From: a virus
Strand: one strand, 5' to 3'
Length of the DNA: 64,000 bases
IMG/VR virus record: IMGVR_UViG_3300040751_004835
Coordinates: 27,375 to 91,374 of that record
The translations under genes and the position numbers were made by a program. Shown piece by piece: positions 29,928-39,162 of this stretch (its first letter is position 1; each line of letters begins with the position of its first letter). The notes under the pieces are model-generated. The model was not told the origin of the DNA. It searched no databases and saw only the letters and a list, made by a program, of their open reading frames with translations.

Positions 29928-30419
29928 ATGGATTCAATGTATTATCCAACTGGAAATTCTACTAACGGACGAACTTTAGTTTGTTTGTGCTGTGAGGACG
30001 TTCCCGTAATGGAAGACCAAGAAACTCCAGATGCTATGGAACTTAAAATCAAGGAATGGTTGGACGAAAACGACTATTGTGTTGAAAAATGGCAAATGGA
30101 CGAAGAAATGAAAAATTGTGGATGTGAAGGGTATGAGCTCCAAGAAATGGATGGAGGAGCACCTGCACCAGCTGGAGACGGCGGTGGAGCATTCGCTACT
30201 CTAGGCACTACTCAGGGAATGGGAAATGTTGAAGCCCCTTCGTCAGGTGGTACCAATGCAGATTTTTATAACGGAGCGGTTGGATCTGGAGATAAGTTTC
30301 CTTCTCTTACTGTAGGAACCCCAGCAGCAAAAGGAGCTGGTAAAAAGAAGAAAAAGAAAGACCGTGTTATTAAAAGCTTTGATGATTTCAAGGAGATGAT
30401 GAAGTCTTTGCAGAAATAA
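29928..30419 (+). CDS. Hypothetical acidic/Gly-rich protein with C-terminal targeting-like motif
   Basis: Ends RVIKSFDDFKEMMKSLQK; internal LQE. Confidence 0.6.
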   Translation: MDSMYYPTGNSTNGRTLVCLCCEDVPVMEDQETPDAMELKIKEWLDENDYCVEKWQMDEEMKNCGCEGYELQEMDGGAPAPAGDGGGAFATLGTTQGMGNVEAPSSGGTNADFYNGAVGSGDKFPSLTVGTPAAKGAGKKKKKKDRVIKSFDDFKEMMKSLQK

Positions 30420-30443
30420 GACGAAAAGTCATATGAGATTGCT

Positions 30444-30480
30444 AAAAGGTGCCAAAAAGGCACCTTTTTCTTTGTTTTTT
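30444..30480 (+). terminator. Hairpin/terminator (may double as an operator)
   Basis: AAAAGGTGCC-AAAAA-GGCACCTTTT plus T-rich tail. Confidence 0.65.
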
Positions 30481-30484
30481 AGTA

Positions 30485-30500
30485 TTGGAATAGGATTTGA
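30485..30500 (+). promoter_or_regulatory. Possible sigma54-like (-24/-12) promoter for hsp20
   Basis: TTGGAATAGGATTTGA has GG-N10-GA spacing, 25 nt before the hsp20 ATG. Confidence 0.35.
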
Positions 30501-30525
30501 ACTATTGGTAGTAAAAAAACAAACT

Positions 30526-30882
30526 ATGAACAGAACAACTATCTACAGTCCTTTGGAAATGATGGAAAAGATTTTCGACAACACCAATCCGGTTATTCAA
30601 AGCCGCAATTACTTTGTTGATGAAAAGGATAGCGAGTATGTTTTAGAAATACCTGTTTCTGGGTTTTCTAAAAATGATATTTCGGTTGACGTTGAGGGAA
30701 ATTTCTTAGTTATCACTGGTGAGGATAACGAGTCGTATTGGACGGACGATTTTACAAGGAAGTTCAAGCTACCTAATGAAGCGGATGCTGATTCTATTAA
30801 AGCAAAAATTGAGGATGGTGTTTTAAAGGTTGCTATAGGTAAAAAGAAAGAATCCATGCCTAAGAAAATTAAAATCGCTTAA
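30526..30882 (+). CDS. Small heat-shock protein Hsp20
   Basis: alpha-crystallin motifs GFSKNDISVDVEGN.L.ITG, FTRKFKLP, IKAKIEDGVLKV; true start at MNRTT. Confidence 0.9.
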   Translation: MNRTTIYSPLEMMEKIFDNTNPVIQSRNYFVDEKDSEYVLEIPVSGFSKNDISVDVEGNFLVITGEDNESYWTDDFTRKFKLPNEADADSIKAKIEDGVLKVAIGKKKESMPKKIKIA

Positions 30883-30907
30883 TACCGAAATTTTTCTTAC
30901 GTTTAGA

Positions 30908-30947
30908 AATAATAAAGCTCGATCACTAAAGATTGAGCTTTATTATT
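30908..30947 (+). promoter_or_regulatory. 17-bp stem-loop ending directly at the start codon
   Basis: AATAATAAAGCTCGATC-ACTAAA-GATTGAGCTTTATTATT then ATG (one G-U pair). Confidence 0.65.
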
Positions 30948-31160
30948 ATGTCGAGGGAAAAAGAAATATTTGAAAGATTCGCTAGAGAGATTGCACAGGA
31001 AATCCTGGAGAAGGAAAAGAATCCAGATTACCAAATTATACTTGACCGTAGATCTGTAATAGATAAGCTTTCATCTATCATGGGTAAGGGTTATTCAGAA
31101 ACAGCATCAGAGTTCGACAATAAGATAAATGCATACCTCAAAAAGCTAAGGAATAGATAA
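30948..31160 (+). CDS. Hypothetical protein
   Basis: 70 aa from MSREKE; coupled to the next gene. Confidence 0.55.
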   Translation: MSREKEIFERFAREIAQEILEKEKNPDYQIILDRRSVIDKLSSIMGKGYSETASEFDNKINAYLKKLRNR

Positions 31161-31549
31161 TGGAAAGGCTGATTCAGGAAGACTATGTAGATAATCCATG
31201 GAAGATGACCGTGATCTGCATCCTCTTGAATCAAACAACCAATCAGCAAGTTAGAAAAATACTTAACCCTCTCTTTGATTTAATTGAATCTCCGGAGAAA
31301 TGCTCTTCTCTAGATGTTAGCGAAATCTATCCCATTATAAGAGGAACTGGTTTTGGGAATGTAAAAGCTAAAAGAATAGTCTCGATGAGCCAAAAGTGGA
31401 TCGGGGGGTTTAAAAGCGTAGAAGATTTGCCTGGGATTGGAAAATATGGTAAAGAATCCTGGGATATTTTTGTAAATCGCAAAACTGATTTTGTGCCCAC
31501 TGATAAAAAGCTTAGGATGTATTTAGAGTCCCTTAATCACCTTGACTAA
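31160..31549 (+). CDS. MBD4-like HhH DNA glycosylase
   Basis: LIQE...NPWK....ILLNQT, HhH LPGIGKYG.ESW.IF, P.DKKL..Y colinear with the MBD4 glycosylase domain. Confidence 0.75.
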   Translation: MERLIQEDYVDNPWKMTVICILLNQTTNQQVRKILNPLFDLIESPEKCSSLDVSEIYPIIRGTGFGNVKAKRIVSMSQKWIGGFKSVEDLPGIGKYGKESWDIFVNRKTDFVPTDKKLRMYLESLNHLD

Positions 31550-32218
31550 ATCTGGGTGTGGAGGACAGCTAAGTCTATCGATCCTTACATTGCTATGAGA
31601 CCAAAGACCCTGTCCACCCATAAGTGCTTCTTCGGATAATTCAAATCCCCCGTAAACCCCAAATTTCTCGATTTCTTTTTTCAGCCCTCTTTTAAGGTTA
31701 ATCTCATATTTTTCACTTAGCTCTAATATAAGAGATTTAATGGATTTAATCTGAGCATCTGAGTAGCTGTGGAAATACCTTGTTCCCCTAAATGGTGATT
31801 CTAATTCGGTAACCTGGTTTTTGTTAACCTTTATTTGTGTAGAAGTGTAGAAATCTCCATTTTCTGTTTTGGTCAGAGGACCGTAGTTGCAAATATCTAT
31901 TCCTATGCTCTTTTGGTTTAGAAATGTATTATTCTTTGCTTTGATGAATAGATGGTGTGACCACATTGTTTCATCAAATGCTCTATAGATGACACCATCA
32001 TATTTTTTGTCTCCTTTGCCGTCTGGTGATTGCCCACCGATAACAAAAGCGCTGGATGATCTAATTTTATTGGTTGAGTTTTTTCTATCCCTTCCCCAAG
32101 ATTCTATTAACCAGTCGGGTCTGTAGTGACCACTGGAATCTCTTAGAAATATTGAATCCTTAGGGTGTGGTTGTTGATAGTATGCACTTTCAGAAAGTGG
32201 ATAGTCAATATAGTCCAA
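31523..32218 (-). CDS. Amidase_2-fold protein, probably catalytically degenerate
   Basis: WSHHL, LNQKSIGIDICNYG, FRG.RYFHSYSDAQI, GLWSHSNVR; first Zn-binding His appears replaced (IFLRDSSG). Confidence 0.65.
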   Translation of the reverse strand: MDYIDYPLSESAYYQQPHPKDSIFLRDSSGHYRPDWLIESWGRDRKNSTNKIRSSSAFVIGGQSPDGKGDKKYDGVIYRAFDETMWSHHLFIKAKNNTFLNQKSIGIDICNYGPLTKTENGDFYTSTQIKVNKNQVTELESPFRGTRYFHSYSDAQIKSIKSLILELSEKYEINLKRGLKKEIEKFGVYGGFELSEEALMGGQGLWSHSNVRIDRLSCPPHPDLVKVIKGL

Positions 32219-32229
32219 TTCTCTGATAT

Positions 32230-32556
32230 TTATTTTTCTTCAGAGGTCTTGGCAGTTGGTGAAAGTTCTTCGTGTATTCTTTTCTTTAAATACTTTACCA
32301 GGTTTTTTGGAGCCTCGCCTCTTTTTACCATTTCGGAAAATTCCTGTTCTTCAGCTAGAGTATCTAAATAGTTATAAAGATCTGTGCTTTGGAACATTGA
32401 ATCAACTACCTGTGGGGTTTGCGTGTAAGCAGGTCTGTAGTTTCTAGAATTGACATTATCCTTGTACCATTCTCCCGGGACAACCACGCTTCCAGGTGCT
32501 GCTGAAATATAATATTCATTAAGGAAATTCTCGAAACTTTTGATCCTGCTATCCAT
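32230..32556 (-). CDS. Hypothetical protein with capsid-targeting-like N-terminus
   Basis: MDSRIKSFENFLNE; GATATATA on minus strand at 32574-32567 supports the start at 32556. Confidence 0.65.
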   Translation of the reverse strand: MDSRIKSFENFLNEYYISAAPGSVVVPGEWYKDNVNSRNYRPAYTQTPQVVDSMFQSTDLYNYLDTLAEEQEFSEMVKRGEAPKNLVKYLKKRIHEELSPTAKTSEEK

Positions 32557-32616
32557 AAGTATGTTGTATATATCTTTTGAGATCCTCTCCAAAGATGTAC
32601 TCTCAAATTTTATTCC

Positions 32617-34029
32617 ATGATTGTAGATATTGAAAATAAAGGAACATATTTAAAGGTATCATCATACTCTGAAGATGGTGATTTAATTTTTGTTGATGTT
32701 CCAGTCCCGGAAGAAGAGAGATTTATTTGGGAAAAGTGCTCACCCAATGATAGGAGAAAAGAAGCTGATTGGCATTCTTGGGATGGAATGCCTGTTAGAA
32801 AGGTCAACACTCAGAAGTATGACAAATATAGGATGGTTCAGATTCTGGAAGAAGCTGATCCAGAGCTAACTAAGTCCCTTTGGGATTTCCAGATTCCAAA
32901 AAAATACTTTGTGGATATTGAGGTCGAGATGACCGACGAAATGGGGGATTCTTTGGATACTGCTAATGCTAAGAATAAAGTACTTTCGATCGGTATTGCA
33001 ACCGATAGATGTAAGTCGATAATTCTAGGACTGGACCCACTTTCAGCTGAAGAACAAGCAGACATTTACAAAAAGACCAATGAGTACTTGGAGCCGATGG
33101 GAGATGAATGGTCTTTCAAGTACCATCAGTTTGAGTCGGAGTATGATATGCTTTATACTTTCTTCAAGAAATTGGCTCCTAAAATGCCACTGATTACCGG
33201 ATGGAACTGGTTTGGGTATGACTGGCCGTATCTGGTTAATCGTGCTAAGAGACTTGGTATCGACCCCAAGGTAATTTCACCAGCCAATTGGCTTATAGGT
33301 AAGAACAATCTTCCCATGCACTTACTAATGGTCGATTATCTTGAGATCTATAAAAAATGGGATCGAACAATTAAGATCAAGGAGAGCAATAGATTGGACT
33401 ACGTAGCGGAAAAGGCTACAGGATTAAAGAAGATAGTATATGAAGGATCTTTGAGGGACCTTTACCAGTCTGACTTCCCTAAGTTTATTCTTTACAACGT
33501 AATTGACTGTGCTCTTGTCCACTATATTGATGTGAAGCTAAAAACGCTGTTAACTTATTTTAAAATAGCCAACCTCAACCGTGTTGAAATCAGTAGGGCA
33601 CTTTCTCCAGTGTGGGCGACTGAGGTTATGATGCTCAAAAAGTTCTTGGAGAGGAATCAGGTCTTTGTGAATGAGAGGAAGGAAGAAAGTCATGTCAAGT
33701 TTATTGGTGGATATGTGAAAGAGCCTATCAAGGGACTACACGAATGGGTTGCTTGTTACGACTTTGCTTCACTATACCCAAACACGATTGTCCAATGGGG
33801 TATTTCTCCGGAGGTTTATAAGGGTAAACTTGGAAAAGATATATCTGAAGCCAAAGAGGGATGGGTGAAAACCTCTTCCACTGCTCTTTTTGGTGGGGAT
33901 GATGAAAGTCCAATTCTGAAGACAATAATTAAGGATCTGTACTCAAAAAGGAAAGCAACAAAAAAGAGAATGCTTGAGTTACAAATAGAAATTGACGGAT
34001 TGGAGAAACAATTGAAAAAATTAACATAG
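32617..34029 (+). CDS. Family B DNA polymerase, N-terminal half (3'-5' exonuclease plus motif A)
   Basis: ExoI FVDIE, ExoII GWNWFGYDWPYL, ExoIII YNVID, GGYVKEP, YDFASLYPN; ends in the fingers helix. Confidence 0.9.
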   Translation: MIVDIENKGTYLKVSSYSEDGDLIFVDVPVPEEERFIWEKCSPNDRRKEADWHSWDGMPVRKVNTQKYDKYRMVQILEEADPELTKSLWDFQIPKKYFVDIEVEMTDEMGDSLDTANAKNKVLSIGIATDRCKSIILGLDPLSAEEQADIYKKTNEYLEPMGDEWSFKYHQFESEYDMLYTFFKKLAPKMPLITGWNWFGYDWPYLVNRAKRLGIDPKVISPANWLIGKNNLPMHLLMVDYLEIYKKWDRTIKIKESNRLDYVAEKATGLKKIVYEGSLRDLYQSDFPKFILYNVIDCALVHYIDVKLKTLLTYFKIANLNRVEISRALSPVWATEVMMLKKFLERNQVFVNERKEESHVKFIGGYVKEPIKGLHEWVACYDFASLYPNTIVQWGISPEVYKGKLGKDISEAKEGWVKTSSTALFGGDDESPILKTIIKDLYSKRKATKKRMLELQIEIDGLEKQLKKLT

Positions 34030-34126
34030 AATTTTCCTAAAATCACCGCACTTTAGGGACCCACTTGATATATAAAAAACCTAGAGACGGGAAGGGATTT
34101 TAAAAAACTATTGCAAACAAACAAAT

Positions 34127-34594
34127 ATGGCAAATACAGATAATCAATGTGCAGACCTACAGATCGAAAACCTTTATCCCGAATCTAAAGATACTCTAGG
34201 CGACATTCTAAATCTTCAGGCAGAAACCCAGAAGAATGTTTATGGTTACAACTTCGACGAGATGTCTCTAAGAGACCTTATGGAGTTTTGGCACATGAAC
34301 AATCACGCATTAATCGACGAGATCCACGAGGCAACTGATGCTCTCGGTGGTATTAAAGACGGTAACGGAAACGCTATTTGGAAAAGGTGGAAAAGTGCAT
34401 ATACCACTTATTCAGACAAAAGCTTTTCTGACCTCTCTGAATCCGACAAAATGGAGTGCAAGTTTGAAATTGTAGACATGCTACATTTCTTTATGAACTA
34501 TGCAGCCTCCATAGGAATGACCTCCCAGGAAATGTACAACATGTACATGAGTAAGAACGAGGAAAATCGTCGAAGACAGGCAAACAATTACTAA
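34127..34594 (+). CDS. Dimeric all-alpha dUTPase/dCTPase
   Basis: DEIHEA, WKRWK, EIVDMLHF, Y.SKNEENRRRQ..NY. Confidence 0.8.
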   Translation: MANTDNQCADLQIENLYPESKDTLGDILNLQAETQKNVYGYNFDEMSLRDLMEFWHMNNHALIDEIHEATDALGGIKDGNGNAIWKRWKSAYTTYSDKSFSDLSESDKMECKFEIVDMLHFFMNYAASIGMTSQEMYNMYMSKNEENRRRQANNY

Positions 34595-34620
34595 ACTAAA
34601 AAAAAACAAAGTATTAAATT

Positions 34621-35604
34621 ATGAAGGAGGACTATTCGCTACCGGAACCGATTTTACAAGAAAATCCTAACAGATTTGTTATATTTCCTATCCAACACCA
34701 GGAGATTTGGGAGATGTACAAAAACCAGGAAGCTTGTATCTGGACAGCAGAAGAAATTGACCTTTCGGCAGATATTGACGATTGGAGAAACAAGTTGAAT
34801 GACAACGAAAGACACTTTATCAAGCATGTGTTGGCATTCTTTGCTGCATCAGACGGTATTGTGAATGAGAACTTAGCTGAAAATTTTGTCAGGGAGGTGC
34901 AATACTCGGAAGCTAAATTCTTCTACGGGTTCCAGATTATGATGGAGAACATCCATTCTGAGACCTACTCACTTCTGATTGATACCTATATTTCTGATCA
35001 AGCTGAGAAGAAAATGCTTTTCAATGCAATTGAAACTATCCCAGCAGTTAAGAAAAAAGCTGAATGGGCTTTAAAGTGGGTTGAATCTGAGCATTTCCAA
35101 GAGAGACTAGTTGCCTTCGCAGCAGTGGAGGGTATATTCTTCTCTGGTTCTTTCTGTTCAATCTTCTGGCTTAAAAAGCGTGGATTGATGCCTGGATTAA
35201 GCTTCTCAAACGAACTTATTTCAAGAGACGAAGGTATGCACTGTGACTTTGCAGTACTCCTACACAACAAATACCTAGCTAATAAGGTATCTGAGGAGAG
35301 AATCAAAGAAATCATTCTCAGTGCACTGGAGATTGAAAAGGAATTTATTACTGAATCTTTGCCTGTTAAGCTAATCGGTATGAACCAAGATCTTATGAAA
35401 CAATACTTAGAGTTTGTTGCTGACAGATTGCTTGTAGATCTTGGATGTCCAAAGGTTTTCAATGCAGAAAACCCATTTGACTTTATGGCAAACATTTCTT
35501 TACAAGGTAAGACCAACTTCTTTGAAAAAAGAGTTGGAGAATACCAAAAAGCTGGAGTGAAAAATTCCTCCGAAAATGCGTTCGATATGGACGTAGACTT
35601 CTAA
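34621..35604 (+). CDS. nrdB: Ribonucleotide reductase class Ia beta subunit
   Basis: [43 protein letters not shown]. Confidence 0.95.
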   Translation: MKEDYSLPEPILQENPNRFVIFPIQHQEIWEMYKNQEACIWTAEEIDLSADIDDWRNKLNDNERHFIKHVLAFFAASDGIVNENLAENFVREVQYSEAKFFYGFQIMMENIHSETYSLLIDTYISDQAEKKMLFNAIETIPAVKKKAEWALKWVESEHFQERLVAFAAVEGIFFSGSFCSIFWLKKRGLMPGLSFSNELISRDEGMHCDFAVLLHNKYLANKVSEERIKEIILSALEIEKEFITESLPVKLIGMNQDLMKQYLEFVADRLLVDLGCPKVFNAENPFDFMANISLQGKTNFFEKRVGEYQKAGVKNSSENAFDMDVDF

Positions 35605-35620
35605 AAAAATAAAAGCAAGC

Positions 35621-38095
35621 ATGTACGTAACTAAGAGAGACGGATCCAAAGAAGCGGTTAGATTCGATAAGATTTCTAATCGTGTAAAAAAGATGACTTA
35701 TGGCCTGAACAACGACTTTGTTGATTGGATGGGCATTTCACAAAAAGTAATCGCGGGAATTTATGATGGAATTTCGACCGGGGAGTTAGATAATCTAGCT
35801 GCTGAAACCTCAGCATCACTTATTCCAAGTCACCCAGACCATTCAATTTTGGCAGCAAGAATTGCTATTTCTAGATTGCATAAGTCTACAAAGAAGAAAT
35901 TTTCTGAAACGATTGAGGATTTATATTCCTACATCGACCCAGAAACTAATAAGCCTGCAGGTCTTATTGGTGATGAAACCTACGAGGTAATAATGAAGAA
36001 TAAGAAAAAATTTGATTCTGCCATTATACATGATAGGGATTTCAACTTCGAATACTTTGGATTCAAAACGCTTGAAAAAAGTTACCTCCTTAAAATGCAT
36101 GGAATGCCAGCAGAAACCCCACAACATATGTACATGCGTGTTGCGGTAGGTATCTGGGGAGATGATATTAAAAATGCTCTCAAAACATATGAGCTTCTCT
36201 CAACTCATATGATGACACATGCAACTCCAACGCTATTTAATTCCGGTACTAAAAAACCACAGCTATCTTCCTGTTTCCTTTTAACTATGCAGGAAGATTC
36301 TATTCCTGGAATCTACAAGACTCTTTCTGATGTTGCTATGATTTCTCAGAATGCTGGTGGTATTGGTCTTGCTATCCACAACGTAAGATCAACCGGTTCT
36401 TATATCAGAGGTACAAACGGTAAATCAAACGGTATTGTACCTATGCTTAAAGTATTCAACGAAACTGCAAGATATGTTGACCAAGGTGGCGGTAAAAGAA
36501 AAGGATCTTTTGCTATCTACTTAGAGCCATGGCACGCTGATGTTGAAGATTTCTTAGATCTAAGAAAGAACACAGGTAAGGAAGAAAGAAGAGCTAGAGA
36601 CCTGTTCCTTGCTCTTTGGGTTTCTGATCTATTCATGGAAAGGGTAGAAAAAGATGAAATGTGGTCTTTGTTCTCTCCTTCTGAGGTACCTGGACTTCAT
36701 GAAGTTTATGGACAGAAGTTCAATGAAATGTACATAGCAGCTGAAGAGGCTGGGAAAGCAAAGAAAACTATTAAAGCAAGGGAACTTTGGGGAAAGATTA
36801 TAGAGTCTCAAATTGAAACCGGAACTCCTTATATCCTTTACAAAGACTCTGCTAACAGGAAGTCAAACCAGCAGAATTTAGGGACCATCAAATCTTCGAA
36901 TTTATGCTGTGAGATTATCGAATACACAGACAAGGATGAACAAGCAGTTTGTAATTTGGCCTCCATCCCGGTTAACAAGTTCTTAAAATCTACAGATGCA
37001 AGAACATCAAAGATTACCAGAGGAAAATGTGAGGTTGATCATGACTACTTATATGAAGTATCATATCAAACTGCTGTAAATCTGAATCGGGTAATTGATG
37101 TAAACTTCTACCCTACTGTTGAGACTAAAAGATCCAACATGAGACATCGTCCGATTGGTATTGGAATTCAGGGTTTAGCGGATCTTTATGCAACCATGGG
37201 TATTCCATTTACTTCTGATGAGGCAAGGAAAATTAACTCCGAACTATTTGAGACGATCTACTTCGCATCAATGACAGCTTCTAAAGATCTAGCTAAGAAA
37301 TTTGGAGCTTATGAAACTTTTGAAGGATCTCCATTAAGTGAGGGTAAATTCCAATATAACTTATGGCAGGTAAATGACGAGGATCTCTCGGGAAGATGGG
37401 ATTGGAAAAAACTCAGAAAGGATGTTATGAAGCATGGAGTTAGAAACTCTCTTCTTATTGCTCCTATGCCAACAGCTTCGACAGCACAAATTATGGGTAA
37501 CAACGAAGCTTTTGAGCCCTTTACATCTAATATCTACACTAGGAGAACTCTAAGTGGCGAATATGTGATTATTAATAAGCACCTAGTTGGAGATCTAATT
37601 TCATTGGGACTTTGGAATGAGGATATGAAGAATATGATTATCATCCATAAAGGATCGGTACAAAATATTCCAAATATCCCTGATGACATCAAGGAGATCT
37701 ACAAAACAGTTTGGGAGATCAAGCAGAAGGATCTTATCGAAATGTCTGCTGATCGTGGTAAATTCATTTGCCAATCACAATCTCTAAACCTATTTATAGA
37801 GGGAGTTAATGCTGCCAAACTTACTGCAGCTCATTTCCATTCTTGGAAATTAGGTCTTAAAACTGGTATGTATTACCTAAGAACAAAAGCTGCAGTAGAT
37901 GCTCTTTCAGGTCTTGGTATTGACACGAGCAAATACAAAAAGGTAGAAGAAACTGCTCCAGCACCAAAACAAGTTGTTGTAGAACCTCAACCTAGAGTAG
38001 CAAACGAAGATCTCAAAGCTTTGGCAGAACAAACTATGAACGATCTTTCTTGTAGCTTGGACAATCCAGATGATTGTTTGTCTTGTGGTTCTTAA
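35621..38095 (+). CDS. nrdA: Ribonucleotide reductase class Ia alpha subunit with ATP cone
   Basis: VTKRDG cone, ATPTLFN, SSCF, SNLCCEI, APMPTAST, C-terminal CLSCGS. Confidence 0.95.
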   Translation: MYVTKRDGSKEAVRFDKISNRVKKMTYGLNNDFVDWMGISQKVIAGIYDGISTGELDNLAAETSASLIPSHPDHSILAARIAISRLHKSTKKKFSETIEDLYSYIDPETNKPAGLIGDETYEVIMKNKKKFDSAIIHDRDFNFEYFGFKTLEKSYLLKMHGMPAETPQHMYMRVAVGIWGDDIKNALKTYELLSTHMMTHATPTLFNSGTKKPQLSSCFLLTMQEDSIPGIYKTLSDVAMISQNAGGIGLAIHNVRSTGSYIRGTNGKSNGIVPMLKVFNETARYVDQGGGKRKGSFAIYLEPWHADVEDFLDLRKNTGKEERRARDLFLALWVSDLFMERVEKDEMWSLFSPSEVPGLHEVYGQKFNEMYIAAEEAGKAKKTIKARELWGKIIESQIETGTPYILYKDSANRKSNQQNLGTIKSSNLCCEIIEYTDKDEQAVCNLASIPVNKFLKSTDARTSKITRGKCEVDHDYLYEVSYQTAVNLNRVIDVNFYPTVETKRSNMRHRPIGIGIQGLADLYATMGIPFTSDEARKINSELFETIYFASMTASKDLAKKFGAYETFEGSPLSEGKFQYNLWQVNDEDLSGRWDWKKLRKDVMKHGVRNSLLIAPMPTASTAQIMGNNEAFEPFTSNIYTRRTLSGEYVIINKHLVGDLISLGLWNEDMKNMIIIHKGSVQNIPNIPDDIKEIYKTVWEIKQKDLIEMSADRGKFICQSQSLNLFIEGVNAAKLTAAHFHSWKLGLKTGMYYLRTKAAVDALSGLGIDTSKYKKVEETAPAPKQVVVEPQPRVANEDLKALAEQTMNDLSCSLDNPDDCLSCGS

Positions 38096-38109
38096 ATAAA
38101 TATACTACA

Positions 38110-38769
38110 ATGGAGAAGGTACGTAATTTTGAAAATTTTATTGCTATAAACGAAAGAGTTATCCCGGATAAACAAGGAGAGATCCTTGTTATTCTGGGAC
38201 CTCCGGGATCTGGTAAAGGAACTCTATCAAAGAAACTTGTTGATAGGAACAAATTTACCCATATTTCTACGGGAGAGCTTATTAGAAATTCTGATGATAA
38301 GGAATTGAAGAAAACCGTGGAGAAAGGGGATTTCATACCTGATCGGGTTATGGTGAGGATGTTAAGAAAGGCACTAGGAAAGGCTGATTTGGAGAACGGG
38401 ATTATCATTGATGGATTTCCAAGAAACGTTAAACAGGCTAAGCTACTTGATTCCCTTCTTGGAAAGTTAGGTGTGGGTTTGAACCATGTGATCTATCTAG
38501 ATTTGGAAGAGGAAAAAGCCAAAGATAGAATCATGAAAAGAGCCGAGAAAGAAGATCGTGCTGACGATAAGGATCCAGAAATCATATCCAAGAGATTCAA
38601 GGAATATAAGGAGAAAACTTTACCCTTAGTCAAGAAGTATAAAAAAAGCAGAAAGCTTGTTAAGGTAGATGCTTCTAAAAAAATAGAAAGGGTCTACAAA
38701 CAATTGCTTGACAAAATCGGGATTAGTTACAAACCTCAGGATGAAGAAGGGAAAGAAAAAGCTTCCTGA
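38110..38769 (+). CDS. adk: Adenylate kinase with capsid-targeting-like N-terminal extension
   Basis: GPPGSGKGT, HISTGELIR, DGFPR, R.DD; leader MEKVRNFENFIAINE. Confidence 0.85.
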   Translation: MEKVRNFENFIAINERVIPDKQGEILVILGPPGSGKGTLSKKLVDRNKFTHISTGELIRNSDDKELKKTVEKGDFIPDRVMVRMLRKALGKADLENGIIIDGFPRNVKQAKLLDSLLGKLGVGLNHVIYLDLEEEKAKDRIMKRAEKEDRADDKDPEIISKRFKEYKEKTLPLVKKYKKSRKLVKVDASKKIERVYKQLLDKIGISYKPQDEEGKEKAS

Positions 38770-39160
38770 TAATATTGTTTATAGCGAAGATAGTGGTAAG
38801 TATGATGCCTTCCTCAAGCCATATGCAACCTCAATATCTTCCCCTAAGATAGATGTTTCTGGTTTAGCGCTATTCAAACAGCGTGCTGCAATACACTCAA
38901 ATCACAAATTTGGTAAAAGAGCTGAGGAGATCAAAGAACAAATCTCGGACCTTCTCCAGGAATTTGAAGACAACGAGCTTGTTTGGAATTCTACAATGTC
39001 TTTTGAAGCACATATCGGGACAGAGATATATCTATATGAAAATTCAAAGGGAGAAACTTTTGCAAGTCTTATTTCTCCTGAGGAATGGAATAACAAATTC
39101 CCATTCTTCGGTAGGTTTAAATTAGACACAGATTTTTCCTGGAAAAGGATAAGAGATTAA
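38741..39160 (+). CDS. DUF2452-like protein
   Basis: LKPYATSISSPKI...SFE..IG..YLYE......SLISPEEW. Confidence 0.6.
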   Translation: MKKGKKKLPDNIVYSEDSGKYDAFLKPYATSISSPKIDVSGLALFKQRAAIHSNHKFGKRAEEIKEQISDLLQEFEDNELVWNSTMSFEAHIGTEIYLYENSKGETFASLISPEEWNNKFPFFGRFKLDTDFSWKRIRD

Positions 39161-39162
39161 AA

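Noticed and set aside
30433-30525. N-terminal extensions given by the track (hsp20; likewise 38074, 38708, 46145, 51722, 32592)
   Set aside because: They run through terminators, promoter boxes or upstream genes; downstream ATGs fit family length and promoter position
34034-34060. Hairpin before the dUTPase-nrdBA operon as a riboswitch or NrdR box
   Set aside because: Weak 8-bp stem with no recognisable aptamer or NrdR consensus
33960-34126. Intein, intron or TAG read-through joining the polymerase halves
   Set aside because: No intein terminal residues, no room for an intron, and another in-frame TAG follows within nine codons
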